A stretch of DNA of 63,894 nt, filler included, from Octopus bimaculoides (GCF_001194135.2; 6 parts of 6 records of this genome joined end to end with filler, not necessarily neighbours in it); one strand, 5' to 3'. Numbered from the whole stretch's first letter, positions 36,766 through 49,672 are shown. Made by a program: numbers and translations. Notes: generated by a model from the sequence alone, not told the origin.

Positions 36766-38030
36766 TCTGTCAGCAAAATACGATCTGAGTCAAGCGTAGG
36801 TGTTGTTAAGTCACTTGTATAAGATGCCACCCTATGGGATCGAAACTGAGGTTTCGTGATTGCAAAATAGAAGTTTCTAATCACGAAGTTATGTCTGCGT
36901 CCATTTATACATGTGCATATAAAACAGACTTGACCTAAATATTACAAACATACAACAAATACATGCAAACACATCATCGCACACATTGTTACGCAAATCT
37001 ACACACACGAGCATGCACAAATCCACAGACACATGCACATATGCACAGAAGCATATTATAAGAGACATATACAAACACATAAGCAAACATATTCAGATAC
37101 ACATAACCCCATACACAGTTTAGACACAAATATATACACGCAATGAAACACACGCAAAACGTTTTATACATAAACGTAACACAGACAGGCACAAATGTAT
37201 CATACACAACGCATACATGCTCATACTGAAAACACAGATAAGACGAATATGTACAAAAACACACACATATACACACACACAAACAGAATGCAAAATACGT
37301 AGCAGATTATTTACAATTATATTGCAAGCATGTAACATACTACATACAACCACGCACTCACAAAGAACAGATTAGACAAATGTATAACAAACACAAGACA
37401 TACAGACATATCTGAAGACACTGTCTCTGTATCTCTCTCTCACCCTAACTCGCTCTTCCTCACTCTCTCTCTTGCTCTCTCTCTCTCTCTCATATTCTCT
37501 CTCTCTTTCTCTCTCTCTCACACATGCATACACAATCTGACTCTGATATCACATCAAGTTGATTTAGAAGCCACATTAGTAAATACGATTTTAGTAAAAT
37601 AGTAATAAACGCCTTAAGAGCAACAATAACAACAACATTAAATATATACGATTACAACAATAACAACTATAATAGCTGTCATTGCAGCTATCACATACAC
37701 CTCCATCACTAACACCACCGTCACTTCCATCGCCACTACCCCCAACACCACCACCAACAACAACAATAAGAAAGCATCACCAACATGAAAACTACTGAAA
37801 CCACCACCACCACCTCCACCACTAAAGTATAGCTGAACTTGGGTTCTTGAGGAGAGAATGCAACTCATTAACTCATAAGCAATAAATTATCCCGTTATCT
37901 GGTTTAATAAATCTCTGCAAGAACGTAAGGCTTAAAGGATGACAAACAGGAAAAAACAATGCTTTCCTTCCTAACTTTACTATCAATCAGGTGGCTGATC
38001 AAAATAAACTCCAAATTAAAAAGAGAAATA

Positions 38031-38418
38031 GGATGGAGTGGCTGCGTGGTAAGTAGCTTGCTTACCAACCACATGGTTCCGGGTTCAGTCCCACTGCGTG
38101 GCACCTTGGGCAAGTGTCTTCTACTATATAGCCTTGGGCCGACCAAAGTCTTGTGAGTGGATTTGGTAGACGGAAACTGAAAGAAGCCCGTCGTATATAT
38201 GTATATATATATATATATGTGTATGTGTGTTTGCGTGTCTGTGTTTGTCCCTCCACCATCGCTTGACAACCGATGCTGGTGTGTTTACGTCCCCGTAACT
38301 TAGCGGTTCGGCAAAAAGAGACCGATAGAATAAGTACTAGGCTTACAAAGAATAAGTCCTGGGGTCGATTAGCTCGACTAAAGGCGGTGCTCCAGCATGG
38401 CCACAGTCAAATGACTGA
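38031..38418 (+). mobile_element. Well-preserved composite SINE (family B)
   Basis: tggctgcgtggtaag A-box-like, gggttcagtccc B-box-like, internal (TA)/(TG) tract, 3' module running into a gap. Confidence 0.9.
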
Positions 38419-39634
38419 NNNNNNNNNNNNNNNNNNNNNNNNNNNNNNNNNNNNNNNNNNNNNNNNNNNNNNNNNNNNNNNNNNNNNNNNNNNNNNNNNN
38501 NNNNNNNNNNNNNNNNNNNNNNNNNNNNNNNNNNNNNNNNNNNNNNNNNNNNNNNNNNNNNNNNNNNNNNNNNNNNNNNNNNNNNNNNNNNNNNNNNNNN
38601 NNNNNNNNNNNNNNNNNNNNNNNNNNNNNNNNNNNNNNNNNNNNNNNNNNNNNNNNNNNNNNNNNNNNNNNNNNNNNNNNNNNNNNNNNNNNNNNNNNNT
38701 ATATATATATATATATATAAATATATATTTATTTATTTCTGTATAAGAATGACGGACTTTCAATAAAAGGTGCAAAGAATTATACTTATATGAAAAATTT
38801 ATACTAAAAATATACTATTCACATAATGTTAGTAGCTCTTGTTTTTACAGCTGTTTCAAATGTTTCGTGACTAGTATCAATTAGTATGATTAATACTGCC
38901 TCAGTATTGCACCTGCTAGCAAGATATGCATTGTCATATTAACTATTCATGAATCAGATGAAAGAGCTGTAGAGACTAGGCCTGTGTACATCTTGTAAAT
39001 CGTATATTTACATATAAAAAATGTCTCTGTGTCTTTTATTGTTTGTCGGTCATTCTTCTTCGCTATGCACTCGATTTCCATAGTTCTTTTAGCTGACACT
39101 TTCATCTCTGGGCTACTTCAACCTCATGANNNNNNNNNNTGTGTGTGTGTGCGTATACTCGAAAGAGAAAAAAAACATTTGCCGTGAATACAGCCTTGGA
39201 AGAAAATTTCTCCTTATAGACGCGTGGAAACACATTAGGCTACAGATAGCGACATCCGATCGTAGGACGTACGCACTTCTTCGTTACGTGCAATTAGCTA
39301 CGAATATCGATTTCGTTGTTCACAATAATAGTTCTGATGCATAAAAACAGCCAAAAGTAAACTTGTTGAGGTGCGCAAAGTTTGGTGAAGACGGACTGAA
39401 TAACAGGGTTGCACGAAGTAGCGTTGTATAAAATACATACCCGTACATGAACATGATAAATATCATTGCTATTCATAAATACGATTCACAGTGAAACGTC
39501 CAACTTTCTGATTCATATAAAACAAAGCAACAAGAACAACGAAAATGTAATACAGTTCTATATTTAAGAGATCAATCAGGATTTATGTACATTATTTACA
39601 TTTGACGATATTTGTCCTCATGTTGTTTGTTATT

Positions 39635-39680
39635 AACACAACGTTTCGGCTGATATACCCTCCAGCCTTCATCAGGTGTC
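39635..39680 (-). ncRNA. Intact minimal type I hammerhead motif at the PLE 3' end
   Basis: gacac-CTGATGA-a-ggctg gagggtatat cagcc-GAAA-CGT-T-gtgtt: 5-bp stems I and II, palindromic ACGT stem III, GUU site. Confidence 0.75.
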
Positions 39681-39745
39681 TTGGGGAAATTTCGAACCTG
39701 GGTTCTCATTCCTGAGGTATTTTTCGATTTTATTATTATTATTCA

Positions 39746-39815
39746 GGTCACTGCCTGGAATCGTACTCGGAATCTTGAGGTTAGCCCGAGCTCTTAACCA
39801 CTACGCCATATGTCT
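39746..39815 (-). promoter_or_regulatory. tRNA-like Pol III cassette (A and B boxes) in the PLE 3' region
   Basis: tggcgtagtgg matches A box TRGCNNAGYGG; agtacgattcc is the B box with 2 mismatches. Confidence 0.6.
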
Positions 39816-41147
39816 GTGGGCAATTATGGAGTGAATTTTAGGGCTTATAAATCTAATATTTTCCTATCCTTCCTTAATACCGGTTCTCATATGCTATTCA
39901 TATCTGCACTCAGTCTGCTTAGGAGATTGTTGTGCCCTAGTGTATGTGCTGCTTCTTTTAGCTTTCGTATTTTCCAGTGGTGTTCTTTGTCTATTATTTT
40001 AATTTCATCCCACAGGGGGAGGTGATCTCCATTTTTCCATACATGATCATCTATACCTGATTTATCAATATCTCCCCGTGTCACAGCTTTGCGATGTTCG
40101 TCTACCCTTATTTTGAGGGGCGACATGTTTCGCCTTTGCATAACCTATCACAGCTGCATGGGATGGAGTGCACGCAGTCTTTGGTCATATTCTCTTCTAT
40201 TGATGGTTTTATCCGAAGGAGATATTTGCGAAGTGTTGTATTACTCTTGAATACTGTCCTGATGTCATATGGTCCGCATATCTTTTGTATATCTTTTCGG
40301 AGAGGCCTTTCACATAGGGTAGACATACTTTTCTTCATAATTGGAGTAGATAGTATGTTTTGGGGGTAGTTGTACCTTAATAGATTGTTACTGATCGTTT
40401 CTATGTGGTGGGTATCACGATCGCTACTTATATTCTTTGATCGATGTCTTAGGCACTGAGCAATTCTTCTTTTTACACTGTATAGATGGTGGGAATTGAA
40501 GTTGAGGTATCGTCCAGTAAAGGTCGGCTTGCGATATACGGATGTCCTGAATCCATACTTGTTGCGGGTTATTAATACGCCCAGGAATTCTAGCTGATTG
40601 TCTTTTTCCTTTTCCATTGTAAACAGTATGGATAGTTTTATTAAGTTCACATGATCTAACAACACTTGGACATCTTCCTGGTGGGGCCAGAGACTAAAGG
40701 TGTCATCAACATATCGCAGAGATAGGATTTGTTCTAGCGGTGTTGATCCTAAAGCCAAGTTCTCAAAGTATTCCATGTATATATTGGCTATTATCGGTGA
40801 TAATGGCGAACTCATAGCTAAAACCTTTTCTTGTCGATATATATCAGAGTCCATATTGAAATAGGTAGTTTCTACACAGAAGGTCAACATTTCCATCAAG
40901 TTTCTTATTGATATACTAGTGCGCTCTTTTAGATGGGTGTCTGTCACTAGTTCTATTAGTAGCTGCAATCTATATACCAGTAGTTCCAGTAATAACAGAT
41001 ATTAAGCCGAAGAACTTGTGCCATTAATTGTCTCCTAATCACTTGTAAATTTGTTTTTTGTACATTGATGTTCATTTTCCAGCCAAATTCCTCGGCACAA
41101 CTGTTCTTATTTTATTTCATACTGCCGAACAACAGAGAAATTGTTCA

Positions 41148-42691
41148 TATAAGGGTGCGATGGGCAAATTGTTGCCATTCATATTTTCAATTTCGTGCAT
41201 GTGTATTGTCTGTTTTTGATTTTGTTGACTACATAGTACAGTATTGGGCACCGTCTGTGAGAAAAAACAGCGCCATGACGCAATTCACTCTGCCAGAAAT
41301 TTGGAAACGACTTACTGTGCTGCTTGGCATTCGTGCCGGAAGCTTCAATCCGAACATTTCAGAGTGTTGGGTGTCAATATGAAGACAGTGGAAAGGATTC
41401 GGAAAGAGTTGGATGAGTCTAATGGTGATTACGAAGGTACGGCAGCTCGGAAAACTCTGATCGTTCTGTTAAGAAAAGAACTCCTGAATTTGTTGGTGAG
41501 ATCCAGGCCAAGTCAATCAGCTCCATCATCGGGGAGTTTCCAGTCTACATCATGGTGTTTGGAGTGATCACTAGTGATGGCGACGTTATGCCTCTACTCA
41601 TCTTCCCACATAGCGTCAGACTTAACGCAGAGGCCTATATCGAGTGCCTGGAAGAGGTAGTGCTGCCCTGGGTCAAGAGGAAAGCTGCTGGAAGACACTA
41701 TGTTTGGCATCAGTATTCTGCACCATTCCACACAAGCAGAACAACCCAGTTATGGCTGTCAGACAATTTCTGCGATCACATCACCCCTAACATCTGTCCA
41801 CCTAACCCCTTGATTATTATGTGTAGGGTATAGTTGACCGAGAGACCGAAAAAACTTCTTGTGACACCAAAGATGAACTGATGGCAGGTAGTGCATGAAG
41901 ACATTCAGTATTCCTCATACAAGATGAAAAAGGGGCAACTTTTATCCCAAGCCATCAAGGATAAGAGAAAAGATCGCGCTACGAAGCTTTTGAACACACT
42001 AAAGCATCCCCTCAAACCGAACATGCTTTGGTTTTTCACAGACGAGAAAGATTTCTACCAGGATCAGGTGGTGAACACACAGAACAACCGTTGGCTTGCC
42101 GTGTCCCCAAAACATGTACCGAGAGTGATAAAATTCAAACATTTGGTGTAATCACTATTGATGGCGGCGTTATGCTTCCATTCATCTTCCCACACGGGTC
42201 ACACTTAGGGGGTAGTACCGCCCTGGGTCAAGAGGGTAACTGCTGGAAGACCATATATATCTGGCAACAGGACTCTGCACCATGCCATATAAGCAGGAGA
42301 ACTCAGTTATGGTTGTCAGACAATTTCTACGACCACATCACCCGTAACATCTGGCTGCCTAACTCCCCAGACTGCAACCCTTTTTTTGCTCATTATGTGT
42401 AGGGCGCAGTTGAGCAAGAGACCAACAAAACGTCTTGTAACACCAAAGATGAACTGAATTCAAAAATTATGGCAGCATTCACCAACTTAAACAAGGAGCC
42501 TGTCCAGAAGAGTTGCAGGAGAGTCTGGAGGTCGTGGTTGACGCCAATGACGATTTGTTTTGTATAAATTTACTCTTTAGTATTTTAAAATGTTTTTTGT
42601 AATTTTGGTAAATACACTTGTTAAAACGAGATGTCAGTGTTATTTTCATTTTTGCGCAATTTAGACGACAATTTATTCATCGCACTGTGTA
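41148..42691 (+). mobile_element. DD37D (maT) mariner element with both TIRs, internally deleted and duplicated
   Basis: TIRs ..gtgcgatgggcaaattgttgcc versus gacgacaatttattcatcgcac; MTQFTLPEIWKR start, FFTDEKDF, WQQDSAPCH, WLPNSPDCNP; catalytic C-terminal block present twice. Confidence 0.85.
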
Positions 42692-43025
42692 TTTGCAGTT
42701 TTTATCATTTTTATCCATTGTTATCGACATGTACGTTTTCACTTATCTTTGCCCTAGTTTTCGCTTTTGCATCATTCTAGATTTTAATGATCTCACCATG
42801 TCAGATGAAGATGACAACGTTGTAGTATCTGCAGTCGATTTTCTAACATTTAAAAATGCTGTTAAAGTTTAGTTTTCTAAAATGATATTTCAACTGTTGT
42901 TGTTTTGTATTCAGTCAATATATGTTTTTCACCCGTCTGAGGTCGATAAATAGTACGAGTGATGCATTAGAATCGATTTGCTCAAATATATTTCTCTTCT
43001 CTCAAATCTGTTGCTTTTTTCTCAT

Positions 43026-43425
43026 CATAGCTGTATGGTAAGAAGCTTGCTTCCCAATCACATAGTTTCGGCTTCAGTCTCACAGCTTGGTACCTTGGGC
43101 AAGTGTCTTCTATTAGAGCCTCGGGCCGATCAAAGTGATGTGAGTGGATTTGGTAGATGGAAATGGAAAGAAACTCGTCGTATATGTGTCTGAGTGTGTA
43201 TGTGTGTCTTCATATCTGTGTTTGTGCCCCCACCACCGCTGGATAACCGTTGTTGTTGTATTTACGTCCCCGTAACTTAAAGGTTCGGCAAAAGACCCGA
43301 TAAAATAAATACCAGGATTAACAAAACATAAGTACTGGGGGCTATTTATTTGGCTAAAAGTTTTCCAAGGCGGTGTCCCAGTATAGCCACAATCTTATGA
43401 CTGAAACAAGTAAATGAAAAATAGA
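43026..43425 (+). mobile_element. Composite SINE (family B)
   Basis: Homologous along its length to 38031-38418. Confidence 0.85.
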
Positions 43426-43472
43426 AATCATTATTTATTTCTCTATTCACAGATTATGCTAACTGACTGACA

Positions 43473-44650
43473 ATGTCTTCAGGCGAAGAAAACTTTCACA
43501 GATCTTTAACCAAGAAAGAGAAACGATGTATTGGAGTAGTTTGCCATCCAGACTACCACTTAGGTGCTAGTGCCACACACAAACACGATCTATGTTCAGA
43601 TATTATGTGGAATATTTTACCTCTGAATCTGCGGCACAGTCGAAGCATAGATTTACCCTGTCATTCCAAAGAATTTGATAATCTAACAAAAGAGAAAGTA
43701 AGTCTACAGTCTTACAAGAAAGTGAATCCAGGCAATCCCACATTTTGGCAAGAGAAAGATTTTCATCCGGTTGTAGGTCTCGAATATAATGGAGATGGAA
43801 CATGTGTTAAAAATAACCTAAATCAAAATAATGGGGAGTATTTTAGAAAAGATCTGTATGATGCCAAGGATGTGGTCGGAAATGATGCGAAGTTTCCGGA
43901 AGTTGAATATGACCGGGTTGACGTTCGTAGTAATTTACCGTGGAACATTGAAGAAAACTTAGAAAGAAAACGTGTTGAAACTGTTGATTCGAACTCGAGT
44001 TTAAGTAGAGAAAGAAATATTCATAAGAATTCGTTAAGACGGCATAGGAGAAGCAGAAAAGAAGAATTGGAAGCAAAGGATTCTATTACTAAAAGACCAC
44101 TCATAAATAGTTCTTCATCACACTCTTCTGAATTATTGTGGGATCCTTTTGATAACGAAATACACACAGAAAGCAATAACAACAGCTACAAAAGCTATGA
44201 AAAGAATAGTGATGAGAAAACAAAGGAGAAGGTGACGGCAAGTGGTGGCCACCGTGTAAACGTTAAGTTGAAGAGCAGTTTTTCTTTATACCAAGTAAGA
44301 ACAGAAAGTCCTGTGATCTCAACTAATTTCTTCTGGGGTAAGCAATGTCCACCAATGCAAAAACGACCTGCTAGAATAAGAAATTCGAAAGCGATTCAAA
44401 GACAATACAGTGATATCACACATATGTCTTCAAGATCCGAAGATGATAAAAATAGTGATGCAAACTTTTATCACCGATCCATTTCTGCCGATGATTTTAC
44501 CAAGAAAGAAGTGATGAAATCACTCTCGAACATTCCAAGCAATCATAATGTGCGAAAGAAGAAAAAGAGCCGCCCATCTTTTAAGGATTTATTATACAGA
44601 CGTTTCAATATTGGTGTGGATTACAATCCCTGGCTGGAAAGACAAGAAAG
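43473..44650 (+). CDS. First coding exon of an unassigned protein (392 codons plus 2 nt, phase-2 donor)
   Basis: Only long non-repetitive open frame in the window. Acceptor ttttctctattcacAG at 43452, upstream in-frame TGA, ATG with A at -3, consensus donor AAG|GTAAGA at 44650/1. Ser/Lys/Arg/Asn-rich and probably disordered; no domain recognised. Confidence 0.75.
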
Positions 44651-45129
44651 GTAAGAGAGTTTTAATTTCTTCAGTCCTTACATTTTCAGAAGCTGGAAAT
44701 TCCTCCCAATTGTAAGACTGTCATTCACAGTGTTAAAAAATGAAAAAAAAAAAAAAAATTTCAAATATGTATGAATAATATTTGGATGTGATGTGCACTA
44801 ATAACCATAATCTCTACATACGTTGCCCATAATGCATGTTGTACTATTATTTTATCTAATTTTTTATTAATACGTGTATTTTCTACCACTAAATATTTTA
44901 TCTACATATGTGCTGCATGTTTGATTGTATATCGTACTCCTTACTTTTATATCTACATATAGCACAACTAACTGCTGCATCTATATATGTGGTCAATGTT
45001 TGACTGCAGATAATTATATAATTATATCTACATATATCTTCAATACTTGACTGTATAATGTTCTTGTAAATATTTTATCTTTCATACATCGTTTTACTAT
45101 ATTTTCTACTACTGTATTCACATATCGGT

Positions 45130-45325
45130 TTCACATTTTGGCCCAAGGCCAGGAATTTCGGGGAGAGGCAAAATCGAATACATCAAAGTCGATTGGTTCT
45201 TATTTTATCGACCCCAAAAGGCAAAGTCAGCCTCAGCGGAATTTCAACTCAGGACATGAAGACAGACAAAATACCGCTAAGCATTTTGCCCAGCATGCTA
45301 ACAGTTTCTCTAGCTCACTACCTCA
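45130..45325 (-). mobile_element. Family A SINE
   Basis: Reverse complement of the family A consensus. Confidence 0.75.
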
Positions 45326-45779
45326 TTGTGTTCACATATTGACTAGTAATTTCAGTATATGTTATACAATTGTCACACCTACAACTCCGCTTTCTCCCAC
45401 AATACTTAAAGATAAGTTGTGCTATTAGCTATTTTATCTGAGACCAGCATCTGAATATATTTTATGCCACTATCATATCGACGTATATGGTCAGTATTTA
45501 ACGATACATAGGCACTGAGACTACAACTAAGTGCTAGAAAAATTAACAAGTTATTCTCAAACCACATCTGAAACCACATCCTTTCGTTTTAAATAATGGA
45601 TACATTGAATGAAATAGTCTGGAGAACACATTGCTTAAAAATTAGACGCGATAGTCGTGACATGGTTTGCAGGCTGCTAGCAGAGCAGGGGCTAAACAAG
45701 CAAAACTCCCACAACTGTTGCTGTTGGCAGTATCTTCATGTGTTTTACTGCTTTTTTTTTAATATCACAACCACCAAGT

Positions 45780-45990
45780 AAGGCGGCGAGTTGGCAGAAT
45801 CATTAGCATGCCGGACAAAATGGTTAGTGGCATTTCTTCCGGCTCTACGTCCCGAGTTTGAAATTCCGCTGAGATCAACTTCGCCTTTCATTCTCTCGAG
45901 GTCAATAGAATAAGTACCATTTGATTACCGAGGTTGATGTAATCGACTAGCACTGTCCATCAAAATATCAGGCCTTGTGTCTATAGTAGA
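45780..45990 (+). mobile_element. Family A SINE
   Basis: aaggcggcgagttggcagaatcattagc...ttcgcctttcattctctcgaggtcaatagaataagtacc. Confidence 0.8.
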
Positions 45991-47726
45991 AATAAAAAAT
46001 TTACTGCCACCAGTACAAGCTATTTGTATTATTTAGGCTGGCTTTCTGTGCAAAATCTCCGTTCGATAATGACTAAGCAATTACATAAGCAAAGACGTTC
46101 CATCCCTGACCATCTTGTCGTATATTGAAACTGTATATCAATGGTTACATTATCCAATGTAACCCATGTTTTTAAGACAATAGAAGGATGTCACTTCGAA
46201 AGAACTACCCTTTATTTCTAGCAGGGTAAGATAGCATGTAAAAGTTTCTTCGTTGGCTTTTGATGGCTATAATAGTTGTTTATAATTATAATAGCAATTA
46301 CGAGCGGGATCCGTAGAAATTCCACGTTTTATAAATATTCTTATTCATTTCATAGTCTGTTGCATTATATTAATATTTTCAACTATGTTTTCGATTTTGT
46401 TTCACAACTGAGGCTAATAGTATGACACTCAAAACACGTGATAAGGAGATTGATGTTATTGGTTCTTGTTTAGTCATTATCGAGCGGGGATTAAACAAAA
46501 CAACAACGTCATAGTCACCAACAACTACCAGGTCCAACAATACTATTATTTGAGAGCCTTCTGCTCAGAAGAGGAAAAGAACAAAGACTGCATATAATAC
46601 CAGAAGCTGAAGCAACAAGAAGACGCTGAAGCAACAAGAAGACGCTGAAGCAAGGAATTTGATTGCAACTGGCTCAGTTTCCAGGGCAGTACCAGCCACA
46701 GATCCGGAAGTAACCTGAGGGGAAGCAAACGAAATCGTCTCATTTTCTGCGTCCCTAACACCAGGGTGAACGACTAAAGAACTGAAGGACTGAGTAGAGA
46801 CTAAGAGCTGTTGCATCAACCCATCGTCTTGCAGCTTGTGAGCAAGAGATTGAGAGAGTGTCAGAAATCATTACAATTGTTAGAAAAACGGGCTTAGTCT
46901 AGTCAAAATGTAGGAAAGAGGATAGAAGTCCCTCAAAGAGGTGCATGCCCACTTATACTTTCTGAAATTTAGAGTATTTTGAAAAGACAATCACAATGTA
47001 ATTGAATTTATAGTGGCCCTAAAAGAAGACATATCAAATATTGTACTGATTTTCGAGTGAATCGAGAAAAAGTACCAAACAACACGAGATGATAGAGAGT
47101 TCGTAAAAGCCACTTTGTGGTATATCAATAGCTGGTGGAAGACGGTTAATAGGATATGGAAAACTTTGCGGCTTTGTTAAGGCTGATAATGCAGAGGAAA
47201 TTGGCAATTTAAGAGTATTCAACTTGCCAAAGATAATCGATGCAGATGAGAATCAAAAGATGGGGTGTCTTGATCTTACCCAGGTGGCAGTTTCTCACTA
47301 AAGTGTTGATGTGTTTATATTTGTATTATTTAGGTTGGCTTTCGGTGCAAAATTTTAAAACTATTTTAAATGATATTTTTTTTCATTATATTATGTTATA
47401 TATCCCCTACACGTTTTGTGTTGTTTGTATGGGCCCTTCTGTCCAATAAAGAAACAGACACTGTCATCAGTAAGTGTCCAAGTATTGCTGATTTTGTATT
47501 GCTGTTGTCACATGCACGACGAGTCAAGCAACTAGCTCATCCCATTCTAATGGCACTGAGCCTTCCTTTGAAGAAGAAAGAGTGATGTTGGACGTGATGG
47601 AATGGACTGAGAATGCACACCTTTTCTATAAAGCACTCATCCATTTGTTTGAAGTTCCTCTGGAAAAAAGATTGTGAGGGCGGAAAGGGAGATCCTGAAC
47701 TCCAGTAAATTTGTTAAAAAGTGGTT

Positions 47727-47798
47727 GAAAACGACGAGTATAGCCCAACGAAAACAACGAGTATAGCCCGACGAAAACAACGAGTATAGCCCGACGAA
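47727..47798 (+). repeat. 23-bp tandem repeat x3 (gaaaacaacgagtatagcccgac)
   Basis: Units start at 47727, 47750 and 47773; units 2 and 3 are identical; no spacers. Confidence 0.9.
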
Positions 47799-48587
47799 TA
47801 TGCCTCTGTAAGCCGAAGAATGGCAAGTGGAAGGGCACTTAATTCTAAGTTTGTAGCGTTCCTTGAATGACTCCAGATAGTGGTCCTCCATTAATATACT
47901 GTATTCCGATAGTACTCCCACCCACATTTTCTGAAACCTGTCCATTATTTATTATCCTTGTGTCAATAAAAGAACACAGTATAGAGTGATAGAATCGTTG
48001 AAACGTTAAGAGTTTATTCCAGCAGTTTACCACCACCACCACCACCACCACCACCACCACCACCACTGCTGCCGCTACCACCACAACCGACGCAGCCGAC
48101 GCTACCACGACCATCACCACACTGTGTGATAATTTAAAACAGTTGTTATTGCCTCGAAGGATAGTATCAGAAGTGTGATGTCATTTTTTTTTCTATTCAT
48201 AAAACTATATTAAGTATCTAGTTATCAGACAATTCATCAATTTGTATACCTATCTAATCTCCACTCACTTTGTCTCTGTCTTTCTCTTCAATTTAATCCC
48301 CTCCTCCCCCTCTCCCCATAGACACTAAACTTTATACATATATTCTGTGACGGAAATGGAAAGATACGTGGCAGGATAAAGCGAATACCTACGTTTTAAT
48401 TTTCAAGTGTTTTGTATATTCAGTTTCAACAAATATTACCAGTTTTCTTTTGCTAAATCTCAATCATTCTTTATCATAATCACGACCAGAAAAGCTACCC
48501 CATGGTCTGTTTTCCGACGGTCTTTACAACAATGGGCAACACATACATACATACATACATACATATGCATACATGTATAAAAGAATC

Positions 48588-48620
<33 letters not shown>

Positions 48621-48899
48621 CGAAATTAGCGCCCACACACACACACGCACACACACATACTAACACTTAAATTGATGGATTACACAATGTATTTGGAAGA
48701 GTACAAATATATTATTCTTTAACAAGAATAATATATATATATAATTGTTAATTATATATCCGCTGCATCGGAAATCTGCAATGGCTCCGTAACTAATGTC
48801 TCAGCTGTAACCTTGGAGACCTAGTAATCCGTTACAGCACTTACCTAGCGTACCTAATTGTTTAGATCACTTGTGAACTAAACCCCTATACTTTGTGTG

Positions 48900-48948
<49 letters not shown>

Positions 48949-49568
48949 GTGTGTGTGTCAATACCACTCCACGCTGCCGTTGCCAGAGCACGTTCCGTGG
49001 ATAGTGCCTCTGCTCTCTCTCCTCACACTCGCCCCGTCTTTGAGCGTCTACCCTCACCTACTACCCCTCCATCCTGCTCCTCCAACGCACCATACTCCGA
49101 GCTTTCCGGCGACTCCAGTCCGACACTTCCACTTACACATCTTCCCCAAACTGTCTGTGTTCAGATTGTCTTTGCACAGAGGCCATCCAGACACTTTCCT
49201 TCACCGTGAACAGGAATTAATCTTCTATTTTCGCTCCTTTGCGCCACATGGACTCAACTCCCCTCCCCTCTTCATCTGACTCCCCCTCCTCTCCTCTCTT
49301 CATCTGACACGTACCTCCTCTCTTCACTCCTACCTATCTCTTCTCGCTTGCCCCGATACCTACCTCCTCTCCTCACTCCTACCCACCTCTTCTCTCTTGC
49401 TCTGACTCCTGCTTTCTCTTTTCAGTCCTATCTACCTTGTCCTTTGATTGATATCCTCTATCCATCCCACCCCCACGCATCCCACTCCCACATCCTCAGT
49501 CCCTCCCTTACATCCTCACCCCAAACCCAAACCCCAAACCCACACCCTACCCTCACATCCCCACCACC

Positions 49569-49672
49569 AACACTGCCACACCACACTACACACCGCCACC
49601 CAAAACCACATCACACCACCAACACTGCCACACCACACTACACACCGCCACCCAAAACCACATCACACCACC
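49569..49672 (+). repeat. Perfect 52-bp tandem duplication
   Basis: aacactgccacaccacactacacaccgccacccaaaaccacatcacaccacc twice. Confidence 0.9.

Larger units (their letters stand above)
39620..40990 (-). mobile_element. Penelope-like element: RT, GIY-YIG endonuclease and 3' terminus (5'-truncated, frameshifted)
   Basis: TYFNMDSDIYRQ, AMSSPLSPIIANIYMEYFE, LRYVDDTF, FTMEKEKDNQLEFLGV, VYRKPTFTGRYLNFNSHH; endonuclease VHSIPCSCDRLCKGETCRP then LKIRVDEHRKAV..KSGIDDHVW. Confidence 0.92.

Noticed and set aside
38835-38960. Minus-strand GAAACAGCTGTA, the same stem III as 33545
   Set aside because: No CUGANGA core or stem II could be placed upstream; at best a decayed remnant.
46565-46819. Minus ORF with a hydrophobic, GPI- or TM-like C-terminus
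   Set aside because: The tail is shaped by an out-of-frame 19-bp duplication; start and acceptor are poor.
47727-47798. Possible CRISPR array
   Set aside because: Units abut with no spacers, the context is eukaryotic and there are no cas genes.
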